Shown: positions 28,211-41,800 of the stretch, piece by piece | Layout of the letters: every line of letters begins with the position of its first letter | Numbering within the stretch: position 1 is the first letter of the stretch | Origin: Guillardia theta CCMP2712 | Lineage: Eukaryota > Protista > Cryptophyta | Reading direction: 5' to 3' | NCBI RefSeq assembly: GCF_000315625.1 | Contig: NW_005434660.1 | Span: 420,711-484,710 of the forward strand | Length of the DNA: 64,000 bases | Position numbers and translations under genes: made by a program | The notes under the pieces: model-generated | What the model was told of the DNA's origin: nothing | The model's database searches: none | What the model saw: the letters and a program-made list of their open reading frames with translations, nothing else

Positions 28211-29732
28211 CTACTCGATGACTGCTTGCAACCAAAAAGCAAGATCCTCGTAACCTTGCTCTCTTGCAAGATTGCTCGGATATTTACCCTAGAATGTCAA
28301 ACCATATGTTTTAAAACAGCCATGTCATAGCCGATGTGCATACCTCACTATCCGGAAGCAAAGAACCTTTGGTGATACCAAGTTTCTCAATCAGATATTC
28401 ACATAGAGCTCTGTTGCATCGTATTAGCTGGAACTCTTCACCGCTTTCCAGCATAAACGAAGACCTGTGCCCATGCTGTGCAGCTTTGTGTAAACAGGTG
28501 TGTCCAACCTCGTTCTGGGTCGTGAGCGAGAAACCTTTCCCCAGCAGCCAAGTAGCACAATTCTGGATTCAGATTATTGCAATCCCCAAGAATCAGTAAC
28601 ATTCAAATAAAGTCTACTACTACTACCTGTTGTCCCCCCATACCCAACCAATGTGAGCAATCGCAACCATATCCATTTTTCTGCCATTGAGTGAGAAGGT
28701 TAACAAGCCAGAAACATCGTACGTGAGAAAGATCTATGTCATAGTTGGAGAGGAAGTCACAAACTTGAATGTGTCCCTTCCATATTGCCAGCTTGAAAAG
28801 TATGCATCAACAACCCCGTGAAAACTCTCACTTTACAATCACGTGTATTGGTGTTGTTCCGTCATGCGTTTGTATGCCAGGGTCAACTCCGCAATCATGG
28901 ATGAAGTACTTGCACACTTCCAGATGCCCATTCCGAGCTGCGTAGTGCTAGAGACGATGTCATTGCAGGAGATCGTTTGAAACGCTAGTGACCATGGGAG
29001 TCCTTCCCTTTCCTCCTCCCCGAAAGAGACGTGCCAGAGGATCTGCTTTCATCTGCAACAAAAGCTGAACAGTGTTCTTAGCAGAGTGTTGAGGCGAGAA
29101 CGAAGGCACTGCATCACCTTGCACGCATCTAATCGCCCCATCCCAGCTGCCCAATGTCTATGGTAGCATGCGTAAGAACTTCATGACATTCTCAAACAAA
29201 CTAAACTGTTACAGAGGAGTTCCACCATACTTGTCACAAAGTTCAGGTTTCCACAGACTGGGAATTAGTGAGTGCTGTCAAATGTCAAGGGAGGTACAGA
29301 CCCCTGTGAAGCTATGGCCTTCAAAGTTTCAAGGTCTCCGTCTTTAGCAGCTGACATTGATAAGTCAACGATTTCTTTTTCCTGATCATTCCCTGTATTG
29401 ACTTGTTTGTGCTTTCCTTGCTTTCCTTCATACCACCATCTCAGGCCATTCTTTCCTACCACTAGTTGGTTGTCTTTACATGCCATGTCTTGCGTTTGAA
29501 TCTGACCTGAAGAGCAGAATGTGAGCTGCTATCAGTTCAATATCATTTATTTCTCACCTTCATCTAAGATTTTTATTTCACTTTCATCCCCCTCGTCCTG
29601 AATCTCCTGGATGGTTGGAGTAGTTTGGCTCATCCTTCGCCAATGCATGTAGATGCTCGCTCCAGCCACCATCCCTCCCGCAATAAGAGCATATTTCATC
29701 TTCCGGTCATCAAACATCCTTTGAAACCACAT
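28211..29732 (-). CDS. Ankyrin-repeat protein with N-terminal membrane anchor
   Basis: YALIAGGMVAGASIY hydrophobic segment; AAKDGDLETLK; GGTPL/HWAAGMG; GRTPM/HYAARNGHLEVCKYF; GHTCLHKAAQHGH; ends GKYPSNLAREQGYEDLAFWLQAVIE* (TAG 28211-28213). Confidence 0.85.
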
Positions 29733-30029
29733 CCCTTTTCGATGGAATGTTCCTGAGAAGCGATGTCAATTCTTTCTAAGTCTATCACTTCACTTCTTCT
29801 GGTTGACATTAGATCGCTCTGATCTTCCTGTTCAACGTAGTCGCCTCGATCAATCTTCAATCCCTTTTTCGCTCTCCCTTCAAGTCTTTTCTGTTCTACC
29901 TTCTGCGATTCAACCTCGACATCCTATCAATCGAGCGGCAAACAGTTCTTCAGATGTTTTGGTCTGCTTGCTGTCTCCCGTTCTCTCTCCTCATTCCCGA
30001 CCACTTCCTCCCCTTCCAGATACGCTGCG

Positions 30030-30185
30030 CATTGTGGCGCAAGGCAGGCGGAGGCCACGGGTCAAAATGGTCAAAACTTCCGGTCGGGTATTTTAATAGA
30101 TACCGGCCCGGCCCGGACTAATAAAAATTTAAAAGGAAGTAGTATCTGTGGTACCAACTGTCTTTACTCAAAGTTAAGTCAATAT
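30030..30185. promoter_or_regulatory. Short intergenic island with TACTCAAAGTTAA (30165-30177)
   Basis: Exact 13-mer upstream of the minus-strand ankyrin gene. Confidence 0.5.
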
Positions 30186-30211
30186 TGCACGCTTTTCAAG
30201 TAGCCCTTTTC

Positions 30212-30880
30212 TCATTGCTCACAAGCCCCCTGTCCCTGGACTAGCAAGAGGCGATGAACTGGGTCTCCCTGACTCGCGAGGATGAACCTTGATATCGAGA
30301 GACTTCGAATCCAACCCAACTGAGATAGGAATGAGATGAAGATCTCATATCACACCTGTAAGAGATGATCGAGCTTCTTTCTCAACTCTGCTGGAATATG
30401 CACCCATGGTTCAAACAATCCGCGAGTGTACTTGCAAATATTCTTTGAAGACAAGATGAAATTTTCATGAACAGGCAAGCCTAACTTATAATGGATGCAC
30501 CATTCAACAGAATCAACTATGATTGACCCTTCTTTCAAATTGCCGTGGGTTGCATGTTGCGCTCAAATGCATGATTTGTGAGAAATTGGTATCCAGCTGT
30601 ATCTTAAGTGCTCTCATGTCATCACTCACTTTCAATTCTTCTAGTCTTACGGTCAGGATTCATGCACTTCACTTTTCTATAGAGGCAAGGCTTTGAACTC
30701 AACCGTTCAATTCTTGAAAATCGGATGAAAAATTCTTGATGAACCACTCGACTTGCTTGTCGTCATTCGATAGTGCTGTGGATCATCGTTGTTTCAAGCA
30801 ATCGAGCAGCTCACTGCTAAAATGCACTGTATTTCTTGCGAATCTATCAGACATCGTCGTGAAGACATGTGTTCTTGAGC
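30212..30880 (-). CDS. Possible small hypothetical gene
   Basis: Exon-like KEGSIIVDSVEWCIHY...LRKKLDHLLQ followed by a GT donor; no domain recognised; ends uncertain. Confidence 0.25.
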
Positions 30881-30933
30881 TCACTGGTGACTATACAGCT
30901 TTTGAACAATCCAGTCACCATCTGATGATAATT

Positions 30934-30997
30934 TTGAAGTTCAAACGAACGGAGTACCAGCTGCTTTCAAGTTGAAACGAACGGAGTACCAGATGCT
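30934..30997. repeat. 2 x 32-bp tandem repeat
   Basis: TTGAAGTTCAAACGAACGGAGTACCAGCTGCT / TTCAAGTTGAAACGAACGGAGTACCAGATGCT. Confidence 0.9.
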
Positions 30998-31096
30998 CCT
31001 GTCCCTTCCACTTACAAGTAAAACCCAGGCTCAAATTTTTTGTCATCCAAACAAATTTCGTTTGACACGCTAGTGCGACCCTCGTCTAATAAGTTT

Positions 31097-32960
31097 CTAA
31101 GTGGAATTTTGTGTTTCTGCGGCCGCAAGGCTGCCAGTGCCAGTAGCCTCTGTAGGCAGACCGACAGCTGACGACCCAAATTCCTCGTTCCAGGACAAGA
31201 GATCCTGCGCACGCAAACCAAGTTATCCGAGTCCGATGGCCGCACGGGAGTCTCACACAATGAGCCTCCGACTAAAGCTTGCGTAAGGAAGGGATGATCA
31301 CCTGAAGGAACTTCTTGGACACACTTGGACGGGTTCGTTTGAATGCATATTCAAAGTCGCAAGCAGTGATGGCTCGTGCTTCCTCTCTCAACGCCTGCAA
31401 GATTGTCAAGACAAGAGGGCACGACTCACACGGCTGCTCGAGAGGTGCCGCGAGCTGGAGATTTCATCAACGACCTGCTCAGAGCCCCGCGCAAACAGAT
31501 CTCTGATCGGCCCCATCGCTGCCTCCTTGCACAGCACCGTGACGTCACTGCCGGTGTACCCTTCCATCTTCTCTGCTACTTGTTGGAGGTTTGTCTCTTT
31601 CAGGTCCACCTCCAAATCCTGCCCCACGACTTCAGCCTTCTCTCTTGCCGCTTTTCACCTCGGATAACCTGCAGCGATCTGTTCATGATCTCCAAGCGAG
31701 CCTCCATGTCTGGTAGCGGGATATAAAACCTCCTAGTGAAGCGACGGATGGCAGCCTCGTCAAGCTCCTGCATGTCCATCGTCAGTGATCCCGGCTGTGC
31801 AGCAGCAGGTTAATACACGTCTGTCACTTATTACCTGTGGTCGGTTTGTAGCTGCGATCACAAGCAACCGACCGTCGTGGTTCTGCACGCTTCAAGGTCA
31901 ATGAACAACCCTCACAAATCTGATTTCACTGTTTCCAATCCATCCATCCGAGTGAGTAATTCACTTTGCAGGCTTCTGTCTTTGCCTGTGAGGAAGAACA
32001 CAGACTGAAAGAGGCCTTCCACCTGACCCACGATGCATCATTTTCCCTTCTTGCCAGGAAGATACCATCTACTTCGTCAAAGAATATGACGGAAGGCTGC
32101 CTGCCAATCAGTCTCTGTCCTTCATGTCTATTGTTTGTACTCAACTTACCTGCATGTGCTCTGCCAGCGTAAAAACGGTTCTAACAACCTTCTCCGAATC
32201 TCCAACATACTGAGGATATAAACTCATCAGACAAGCTTTATCAGTCACAAGGCCCTCGCGTCCCACTTCAGCATCTTTGTCAACAACTTCATCGCTTTGG
32301 GTATTTGCAGCAACACGTCTGCTGAGACAAGCAATAGTAGGCAGTGGCACATCATGGTTTTCTTAATGACCTTCTGTTCTCACCTTCTGTCGAATCAAGG
32401 AGGTGGACAGGTGAAAGAATGTACAGTTCATTTCACTGGCAACAGCCTTGGCCTGTTACAAAACAACCCCCCAGTCAAACATGCAACGGAGGAGAAGCTG
32501 AGTATGTCAACCAGCAACGTCTTCCCATTCCCGGGAGGGCCGAAGAGAAGAACCCCTGCAATGCACAGCCGCCGTAAATGTCTCAACGTGATGCGCGACA
32601 CAGTTTGAGGTCCCTTGGTGCCGCACCTCTTGGAGGAGCTCGGATGCCCTTGAAGAGATCCGGTCGAAGGGAAGGAAAGACCAATGCTTCCTGAAGAACT
32701 TGCTTGGTGCCCTCCAACCCTGCAATCTGTTTGAAGCTCGTTCCAGCTCTTCGGTCAACCACCTCGTCGAGAACCTTCTCCGCCTGGTACATGCCTCTTA
32801 GTTGCCTCCTGGTGACCGATCTACGTACCCATTCGTGATCGATCCCTTTGATCTTTCCTCGATCAATATTGATCAAAATCTCCTCTCGCGTCATCGGCGG
32901 CTTAGCCTCAGGTAGAGCGTGCGCAGACTGCGTTTGCAGTGAAGAATCGCTCAAGGACAT
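31097..32960 (-). CDS. Meiotic-clade AAA ATPase (spastin/fidgetin/katanin family), no MIT domain visible
   Basis: IAGLEGTKQVLQEALVFPSLRPDLFKGIRAPPR/GVLLFGPPGNGKTLL/AKAVA; YVGDSEK; Walker B IFFDEVD; IAATNRPQ/ELDEAAIRRF; GYTGSDV..LCKEAAMGPIR; RPSVS...WNEEFGS. Start uncertain. Confidence 0.92.
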
Positions 32961-33139
32961 TTCGGCAGCTTCAAAGAGGATACTACCAGAGGATCTCCGC
33001 GGCTTCCGCGGAGGTGCTGGTACTAAACTTTCACTCAATCGCCTGCGGCGAATCCTACTGGTCGGAGCCTCAGTGGCACGCTGGGACAGTCTGTGGCAAC
33101 TTACCGTTACATCAGTTGACTAATAGCGACTCATCTTCT

Positions 33140-33600
33140 CAGTACTCAAAGTTAAATTAATGATACCTTCACTGGGGGGGTGGGACCGTACTGACTCGAG
33201 TTTCGGGGGCCCCCTGCTGTTATTCAAATTGGACACCGTGTCCCGGGGCGCGGCTAGCCGCGGGGTTCAACGGTTTGCCGTCGCCGGGGGCCCGGGCCGG
33301 GCAGTCCGATCCGCGTACGGTACAGGACCGCGCCCGGTCTCACCGAGAGTCCGTACTGCTGTTTTCAAGCCTCACGGTACTACGGTACTACCGTACTACC
33401 GTACGGTAGTACGTCGGTCGGTCGTCAGTGACCGCCGGACGTTGGGCCCCCGCCAACTCAGTTGGCTTCCGCGCGCCGGGCAAGCCTCTGCCGAGTGTTC
33501 AACGGTTGGCAAGGCTCCGAGGCGGATTGGTTGCCTACCTAACTAAAATACCAGCTGCTCCCTCTTTCCACTTAACTAAAACTCAGGCTCAAAATCATGG
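33140..33600. promoter_or_regulatory. GC-rich intergenic island between divergent genes, with TACTCAAAGTTAA (33143-33155) and a GTACTAC(C/G) micro-array
   Basis: Exact 13-mer; CACGGTACTACGGTACTACCGTACTACCGTACGGTAGTAC at 33373-33412. Confidence 0.55.
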
Positions 33601-33812
33601 CGAATGTTTATGTTTTCGTTCGTTTTAAAAGTGATGATGTGACGAGAAGACGAGAGGTCTACAAGCAGTGATTGGGCATACTCTTGTCGCTTTTTATGAT
33701 GATCAGAAACAAGAACATGAATAATTCCAATGTAACTAACTACACAACTTTTGATCCAACCATCTCGATTCTTCCTACTGACTGAATTAATCCCGATCAG
33801 TGGCTTTGATTG

Positions 33813-35023
33813 ATGATGTTCACATCGGAACGAGTTATTCCGGTTGCCATCGTCGTGTTTGCTATGTTTCTTCAGGCAAGCATTCACAAGATCCATGAAG
33901 GCCACGTCGGAGTCTACTACATTGGTGGAAGGTTGTTGGATGTAATCATTCTAAACAATAACATGGTGGTCTGTGATTAGAGGTGGATGACAGGCGTACA
34001 CGGAAGCTGGATACAATGTCATGTTCCCATTTTTCACACGAGTGCATGAAATGCAAATAACAATTCAGGCAAGATGTATTCGCACATTATTACCCTCGTT
34101 CTGATATCTGTTGTTCCAGACTGACGAAGTCACAAATATTCCTTGTGGAACGCGTGGTGGAGTCATGGTATGTCAAAACAACCAACATCTTTCATGCGTT
34201 TTTTGAATTGATTCTTGACCAAGATAACCTTCGAGAAGGTCGAAGTTGTTAACATCCTCGACAAAAATCGAGTGATACAGACTGTGAGAAATTATGGGAT
34301 CGACTACGACAAAATTTGGATTTTTGACAAGATTCACCATGAAATTAATCAGTTCTGTTCACAGCACACTCTGCAAGACGTCTACATAGAAAAGTTCGAC
34401 ACTGTGGATGATAGAATCAAAGAGGCATTGCAGCGAGACTGCAACACTTATGATACTGGCATAAGAATCATTGCAGTACGCGTTACAAAACCAAAAATCC
34501 CCGAGATTGTTCGACGCAATTACGAGGAGATGGAAGCACAGAAAACTCAATACATGATCGCAGTTGAACATCAGAAGGTAGTAGAGAAGCAAGCAGAAAC
34601 AGAGAGGAGAAGGCTGCAAATCGAAGCTGAGACTGCTGCTTCTGTTGCAAGCATTCGGAAGCAGCAAGAAATTATGGAGCAAGAAGCCGCAAAGAATGTC
34701 TCTCGTATCAAGGATGAGATGCACATCGCAAGGGAAAAGGCTTATGCAGATGCTGAACATTACAAACTGCAACAGGAAGCGATTGCAAATAGTAAGTTGC
34801 TGACTAAAGAGTATTTGGAGGTTGGTTCATTTGTATGTTGATATGTTCAAAGGCTGATGTAGCTTCGGCAGCTCAAACGGGTTCAAGCCATCAGCAATCT
34901 CTCCAAGATATATTTTGGAAATTCGATACCCGCCATGTTCAGGTGATTCTATCCTGTTTCTATTTTCTTTTCCTGAACATTCCTAGTCCATTGGATTTGT
35001 CGAACACAAATAATAAGAAGTAA
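33813..35023 (+). CDS. ERLIN: Erlin (SPFH/band-7 ER lipid raft protein)
   Basis: SIHKIHEGHVGVYYIGG..., IQ/TDEVTNIPCGTRGGVM/ITFEKVEVVN, IFDKIHHEINQFCS.HTLQDVYI, VRVTKPKIPE.VRRNYE.ME, SKIYFGNSIP.MF. Confidence 0.95.
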
Positions 35024-35889
35024 ACCAACGCCTGCCAGGTAGGGGTCAGAGTTAGGAATTCGTTCAACTCTGTGCAATTTAATATCAGCAACAAAAGTGA
35101 TTTTTACACAACAAACATGACAATCTGTGCACAATAATGTCGGCGGCAAGTGTGATTTACATCAGAATATTGATAATGCACGAAGAAAGGCACTTTCCCC
35201 ATGACCTAGAAATCTACACGTCCCTTTTTTACTTGCATTTTCCAATCATTGACGCTTTGAACATGAATTCCCTTGTGCAGTCACACCTTGAATCTCTCTC
35301 GTCTCTCTTCTTTCTCTACCTTCATCGTCCATGATCCTCGAAGGCAGCGACATTGATGATACCCCTTATTTTGTCGGACTTGAGGTGACCGGGTACATTG
35401 ATGTATTTTCAGACTCCCCACCCACCCCACCCCCTGCGACCCTGTGAAGTGCTTCCGAAGTTTCCCGCGCTCCCACATGCCACTCCACATGGCACGCAAA
35501 CCTAAGAGCCTGAGAGCGTCGCCATGCGGCACCTATGAGCTCAGATGCTGATGTGCTCTTCATTGTCATGCCTACCAGCTACTGTTGCCTGCTTACCTCT
35601 GTCGTTCCTGTCGTTTCTCTCGCTCTTTCTCATTGGACCCCCTCCCGTCTCCGTCTCCGTCTCCGTCTCCGTCTCCGTCTCCCCCCTCCCCCTCCCTCCC
35701 TCTTCCTTTGCCTCTCCCTCTCTTTAGCTATCTTTATACCGTCATGTATACGAACCTTTCACGAGCACCGAAAGCGATGTTTCTTACCTTCTTTCAGTCA
35801 ATCAAGTGCTGTTCACCCGTTTTACCTATTAAGCGCGGTGACGGCCTTTGACTCTTGCGCAGGACTCCTTCACAAGTTCGGCTAGTCTG

Positions 35890-38800
35890 ATGGGGGGCTG
35901 TTACACCGGTATAGACGAAAAAACTGGAAAGTTCATAGCAAGAAGACGCACATTCGATAAGGTATGTTCCAAATGTTGACAATTGATCGCCTGAGCTTGT
36001 TTGCTAAGGTTCGAGAGCCATTGTACGAGCTGCAACAGGTTCAAGCATGCTCCAAAGATTTGGCAGGATCTGTGATTGTAAAGCCCCCCACCCGCGCATG
36101 CTGGATTCATTATCTTGGAGAAATGATTCAGCTATGCAATGAGGCTGCAAGGCGCTCGTTAAAAAAGCATCGCCTTGAGACATACAAAGAAATGGATGGA
36201 ATTCAGTCCAAACCCCTTGGATTGGAGTACATGGCCGACAGATTAGATACCGACGACCCTCTTTGGGGCTACCTAGTGCGATCCGAAAAGGAGGGCTTTT
36301 TGCAGGGCTTCATTACAGCAACGACCTTCACGACATGGCATAAAGATTTTGAGTGGAATTCGATAGCACGCGAGGCGAACATAAGTGAAGAAGAAAAGAG
36401 GTAGGAATTTGGTGCTAACTCTCATATTAGGTTGATTGTCTGATGACTCATTGGCTTAGATCGTTCCTCTGGGACTCGTCCAATGAACTTTCAAGCGAGT
36501 TGCAAACTCAGCAGCGCGCAGGCGACCCCAACAACGAAGGCATTATCTGGCCCAGGTATACACTATTTCGAGAAGTTTTGATTTTTTAGTTGAACATAAG
36601 ACTTTACCAGAGTTGCCGAAATATCTCTTTTGGGTGGACTGGGCTGTGGAGGACATTTGCTCACTCTTTTGTTGGAAGATCTTGAAAAGTCTCAAGACTA
36701 CGACTATGTTGTTTTGCAAGCCACTGAAAATGCTATCAAATTCTATGAAAGATTTGGTTTCATCAGAGTTGGTGCAATTGCGAAGCCAGATCAGGAAGCA
36801 ATGGCTCAAAAACTGGCGGAAAAGCAACGAGAAAGAGAATTAAAACAGATTGAGAAGGAAAAGTCACGATTGTTGAAAGAGGCAAAAGTGATAGATATGA
36901 ATTCCAAAGACAACCACGTGATCTCCTTGACCAGTTCAGACGATTTTGTGTGGAGATTTGGATGCTCAAGAGTTCTTCAGGATGTGCTAGAAGGATTAAG
37001 CCACGGTGTTCTTTGGAATGCCACTCCAGTGTGTCCGAAACTTTCCGAGTGGCTATCTTGTCAAAAAGTAAATATTCTGCGCCAGGACGAATTTCAGACA
37101 ATTGATGACTTCATGTTGCATTTGAGAAAAATTATATCGTCCGAGCTTGAAACGCAATCGTCAGACAAAGGCCCTGCTTGTTTGGAACTTGTGGAAGAGC
37201 TAAAGAGTTCTTGGTGTGATTTAGAATCAAACACCTCATCCAATCTCTTCATCTACGTTGACGTTGACTGGGAAAAGAAGCAAGGATTTAAAATATTTCA
37301 ATTGATCTCTGAAGGCAAATTGTTTAAAAGCAAGCGACCTGTTGTGAAAGCAATAGAATGGGTAAAAGTGAAGTCAGCCGATGGAAACCTCAACCAAAAT
37401 GATTGTGAAGTATTGTTCCTGGCTCCAAAAGACATGAAACCTATTGATCTCGTTTGGACTCCTCGTCGAACTTTGGATGGAATTTTGCAATCTGATTTTA
37501 TGCGAATTTCTGATATCGACAACATTTGTCAGAAAGCTAAGAATGTTCAAATCTCTGGCGATTTGAGGCTGAGAATCGAGAGACAAGATAGAATCGTAGG
37601 AATTGCATATGCTAGGTTGAACGCCTTGAAAGGTCTGGAAAAATTGAAGATTGACATTCAGAGAATGATCTCAGACCATGTCGACAATGACAAGGCCCAA
37701 TCGCAGTCATCAGGCGAAAAAAATATTTCCGAAATGTCGGAATACGAAAAAATGCGAAAAAGGAGAATTGATGAAAATCAAAGAATAATGCAGTGCAGCG
37801 GCATTTTGCAGCTCAAACAAAATGTCAGCGAATTTTTTGACAAATCGGACTCTGAGGCACCTGCTTGTAAACGACAGAAATTGACGAATTTCACAGAAAG
37901 CACTGACGGAAATGAGATGACCGTCGAATTTGAAAACGCAGATTTGTCTGATATCGAGACGCCAGTCAAAGAAGCACAAAATGCCAAAAAGACCTATCTC
38001 GTGCAAGAGTTCGAAAGTCTTCAATCCATTGCTCAAAAATTCATGTTAGAAACAGACACCCTGATGGAGGCCAATCGATCTTCCTTCGCTCATGTCAATC
38101 CAGATGAGAAGTTGCCCAATGGTTCTATCATTTTTCTTCCAGATAGAGACCCTTCGAAGTCTGTCCAAGCTTTGAGAGAGGGGTGGTCTGCGTATTGTCA
38201 TTGGACTTATCCTGACCAAGAAGTGGACGACATCCATCCAAGCTATATGATGGCTCTGTAAGCTGCCACCTTTCAAGTTTTCTGAATAATTTTTCTTTGT
38301 TAGGAAATTGGATCGTAAAAAGTCTGTGAAGAATTCGAACATTCGTTCCAGGCTTCGAGACAGCCCTCCAACAAGCATGTTGATTTGTGTTGAATGTGCA
38401 AACCAAGTCTGATCGCTTTACAGGCATATTAGCCAGTTTCAAAAGAGTTCATACTCAGACGTGCATGAGTTCTTTTCGTGCACAAATGCGATGTCAGCCG
38501 CAGAAGTTTGTTCCTCTTTAGGCATCGGTGCAACCGAAATGATGGAGCTGAATCGTTCAGAATTTCCCCAAGTATCTTTAAACTACAAATTTGATGCTGG
38601 CACCGTCTTGAAGATCCCGAAATTCCAAAGTGTCAGCTTGATTTCAGACTGGCAAAAAGATTGCCTTTCAATTGTTCAGAGACTTGAACAGTCAAGATAC
38701 TCAGTATATTTTCAAAGCCCATTGGATTGGAAGGCTTGCGGATTATTTGATTACCCCTTCATCGTTTCAAGACCAATGGATCTTGAAACTGTAAAGACCC

Positions 38801-41800
38801 GACTTCTCCAAAATCGGTATGGTAGTCTTTGGGAGGTTGCCAAGGACATCGACCAAATTGTTGAGAATGCCATTACTTACAATCCAGCAGAAGACCCCGT
38901 TTCCGTTGCAGCAATGAAGCTTTCTGAAACATTCAATGCCCTGTGGAAACAATGCAACTTGCACAAGATTTGTTCCATTCCGGAATTTGATCGGTCAATT
39001 CCAAGAAAGAAGAAGACTTTATTCAACAAAGTCGTGTCGGTTCAAGGGCGTCCAAACCATTACTACTTTGTACTGCATTTCATACCTGATATGGAATGGT
39101 GCCATTTAGCACCTTTGAAAAGATGCAGCTGCTTCCCGAATGTCACGAGAAATGGACATCCACATTTGCATGCGGGACGGCCCCAATGGAAACTTGCGCC
39201 TGAAGCAGAGGGTGGGGAAATAGATGTCGGTGCTGATCGATGCAAGATCGTCAAGGCGATCACAGTCAACAAGACGGCTGACGCGGACAAAGAAGCGTGG
39301 GATATTTTGCAAGTATCCGATAAGCTGAATCAGCCTGATATTCAAACTCCATGGATAAAAGAATGCAAGGCTATGTTGACAAAACTGAGCTCAAGACAGA
39401 AAAAGGAATCAAATCTGGCAGACGATTTGAACAAAAAGAATGAAGAGATCTTGCCAATCGCAGTATATATAGAAGCAATCAATACTAACAAATGTACAAA
39501 TGCGGCAGTGCTGATCTTGAAAATCATGCGGAAACTGAAAGATTTTTCAATGAATTCAAACATGCCAAAGTCTATTCAGGCACTGCAAAAAGACCTATTC
39601 CGCATTATAGAAGAAGCATGTGTCTCCTCTCCGGTGCTGCGGACTGCGTACCAGTTTGCAAACCGCAAGCTCAAGGACGAAGAGTCCCAGGCATCAGGAG
39701 AGAGCTGCGGAAGTGGCGAGGACCAGGCCAGCGAGAAACGCGACGAGCCCGACACGTAAGATGCTTGCTGTGTGCTTGTCGCAGGGAGGGGCTGACAATG
39801 CACGCGCTCACAGGGAGGAGCTTCGGAAGATCCGGGAAGAGCAGGCGTTGCTTGTGAGCGGCCCAGGGCGTACGGTAGTCGGCAAGATCACGGCAGGGCT
39901 GCTGAAGAAAGTCTCTGAGCATCAGAGCGGAAGGATCCTCAAGTTTACCGATCTGATAGTACCAAAAGACCTGGAGAAGCTGATCGAGGTAAGCAACAAA
40001 GCGAGAGCACAGACGTGGCGGCTTGGAGGGAGGTGGGGGGCGAGGGGGGAGGAAGCTGATTGTAGAGGTGGCCAGGCCCTCGCAGAGAACCGGTCGACCG
40101 TGAGGCTAGACCTGGAGGGGTGCGGAGTGGGAGACGTAGGGTGCAGCCTGGTGAGGGAGCTGCTGAAGCGGAACAAGCGGATCTCGGAGATCGACCTGCA
40201 GCTGAACCAGGTAGGGACGCCAAGAGGCAGAGAGAGGAAGGGGTACTGGGGGCAGTCTGACGGGGCTTGTAGGTGACGGACGGCGGGGCGAAGGCGCTTG
40301 CTGAAGCGATACCGGGGTCCGGGCTGAGCGCGGTGTTTCTTGGGAAGAACACGGTGACAGCGACGGGAGTGAAGCTTCTGCTTGAGGCAGCGCTGGAGCA
40401 GCGGAAGCTCACAGGAACGGCTGTGGAGCTATGCGGCATACCAGAGGAGACGATGAGGGCAGTGATGTCAGAGCTGGCGGGAAAGGGGAAGGATCAGCTG
40501 GCTGCGGAAGCACAGGAGGACTGGCAGATGGGCGAGGCGCTGAAGGAGGAGCTGATGGAGTTCGAGCGGACTGAGACTTTGGATGTAGAGGAGGGCTCCA
40601 GGGAGCAGGGGGAAGCGCATGCCGCGCGAGAGGGGGGAGAAGGGGAGAGGTAAGGCTGTCTGGTGTGAGGGAGGTAGGAGAGGAATGACGGAGGTGCAAA
40701 TAGGGGGTGCACTACACGGACGTCACAAGCAGACGACGAGAAGGCAGTATGCTTGCAGGATAGCAGGCAAGAGACCAGCACAGCTACGAAGCTATCGGTG
40801 AATACGGCGACTGTGCCATGCTGGAGGAAAGAAGGCAAGGTGTTGGTCAAGCGCCTGATGAATCTACGTTCCAAGTCGTGGCCTTTCCTTGAGCCTGTAG
40901 ACCCTGTGTCTATGAATGCATATGACTACTTTGAGGTCGTGAAGAGGCCGATGGATCTAGGGACGGTAGACAAGAAGCTGGAGAACAATCAATACTCTAC
41001 TTGCGCGTACTTGCTGTACGACGTGTTGAGCACCTTCAAGAACGCGTGCTTGTACAACCCCCCTGAGAATAAGGTCCATCAGCTGGCTCAGGACATGCTG
41101 AAGATCGTAGAGGAGGCCTGTGTCTCCTCTCCGGTGCTGCGGACTGCGTACCAGTTTGCAAACCGCAAGCTCAAGGACGAAGAGTCCCAGGCATCAGGAG
41201 AGAGCTGCGGAAGTGGCGAGGACCAGGCCAGCGAGAAACGCGACGAGCCCGACACGTAAGATGCTTGCTGTGTGCTTGTCGCGGGGAGGGGCTGACAATG
41301 CACGCGCTCACAGGGAGGAGCTTCGGAAGATCCGGGAAGAGCAGGCGTTGCTTGTGAGCGGCCCAGGGCGTACGGTAGTCGGCAAGATCACGGCAGGGCT
41401 GCTGAAGAAAGTCTCTGAGCATCAGAGCGGAAGGATCCTCAAGTTTACCGATCTGATAGTACCAAAAGACCTGGAGAAGCTGATCGAGGTAAGCAACAAA
41501 GCGAGAGCACAGACGTGGCGGCTTGGAGGGAGGTGGGGGGCGAGGGGGGAGGAAGCTGATTGTAGAGGTGGCCAGGCCCTCGCAGAGAACCGGTCGACCG
41601 TGAGGCTAGACCTGGAGGGGTGCGGAGTGGGAGACGTAGGGTGCAGCCTGGTGAGGGAGCTGCTGAAGCGGAACAAGCGGATCTCGGAGATCGACCTGCA
41701 GCTGAACCAGGTAGGGACGCCAAGAGGCAGAGAGAGGAAGGGGTACTGGGGGCAGTCTGACGGGGCTTGTAGGTGACGGACGGCGGGGCGAAGGCGCTTG

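Noticed and set aside
35644-35680. (TCCGTC)n and other simple repeats such as (GCAGA)n near 21490
   Set aside because: Ordinary microsatellites in introns or UTRs.
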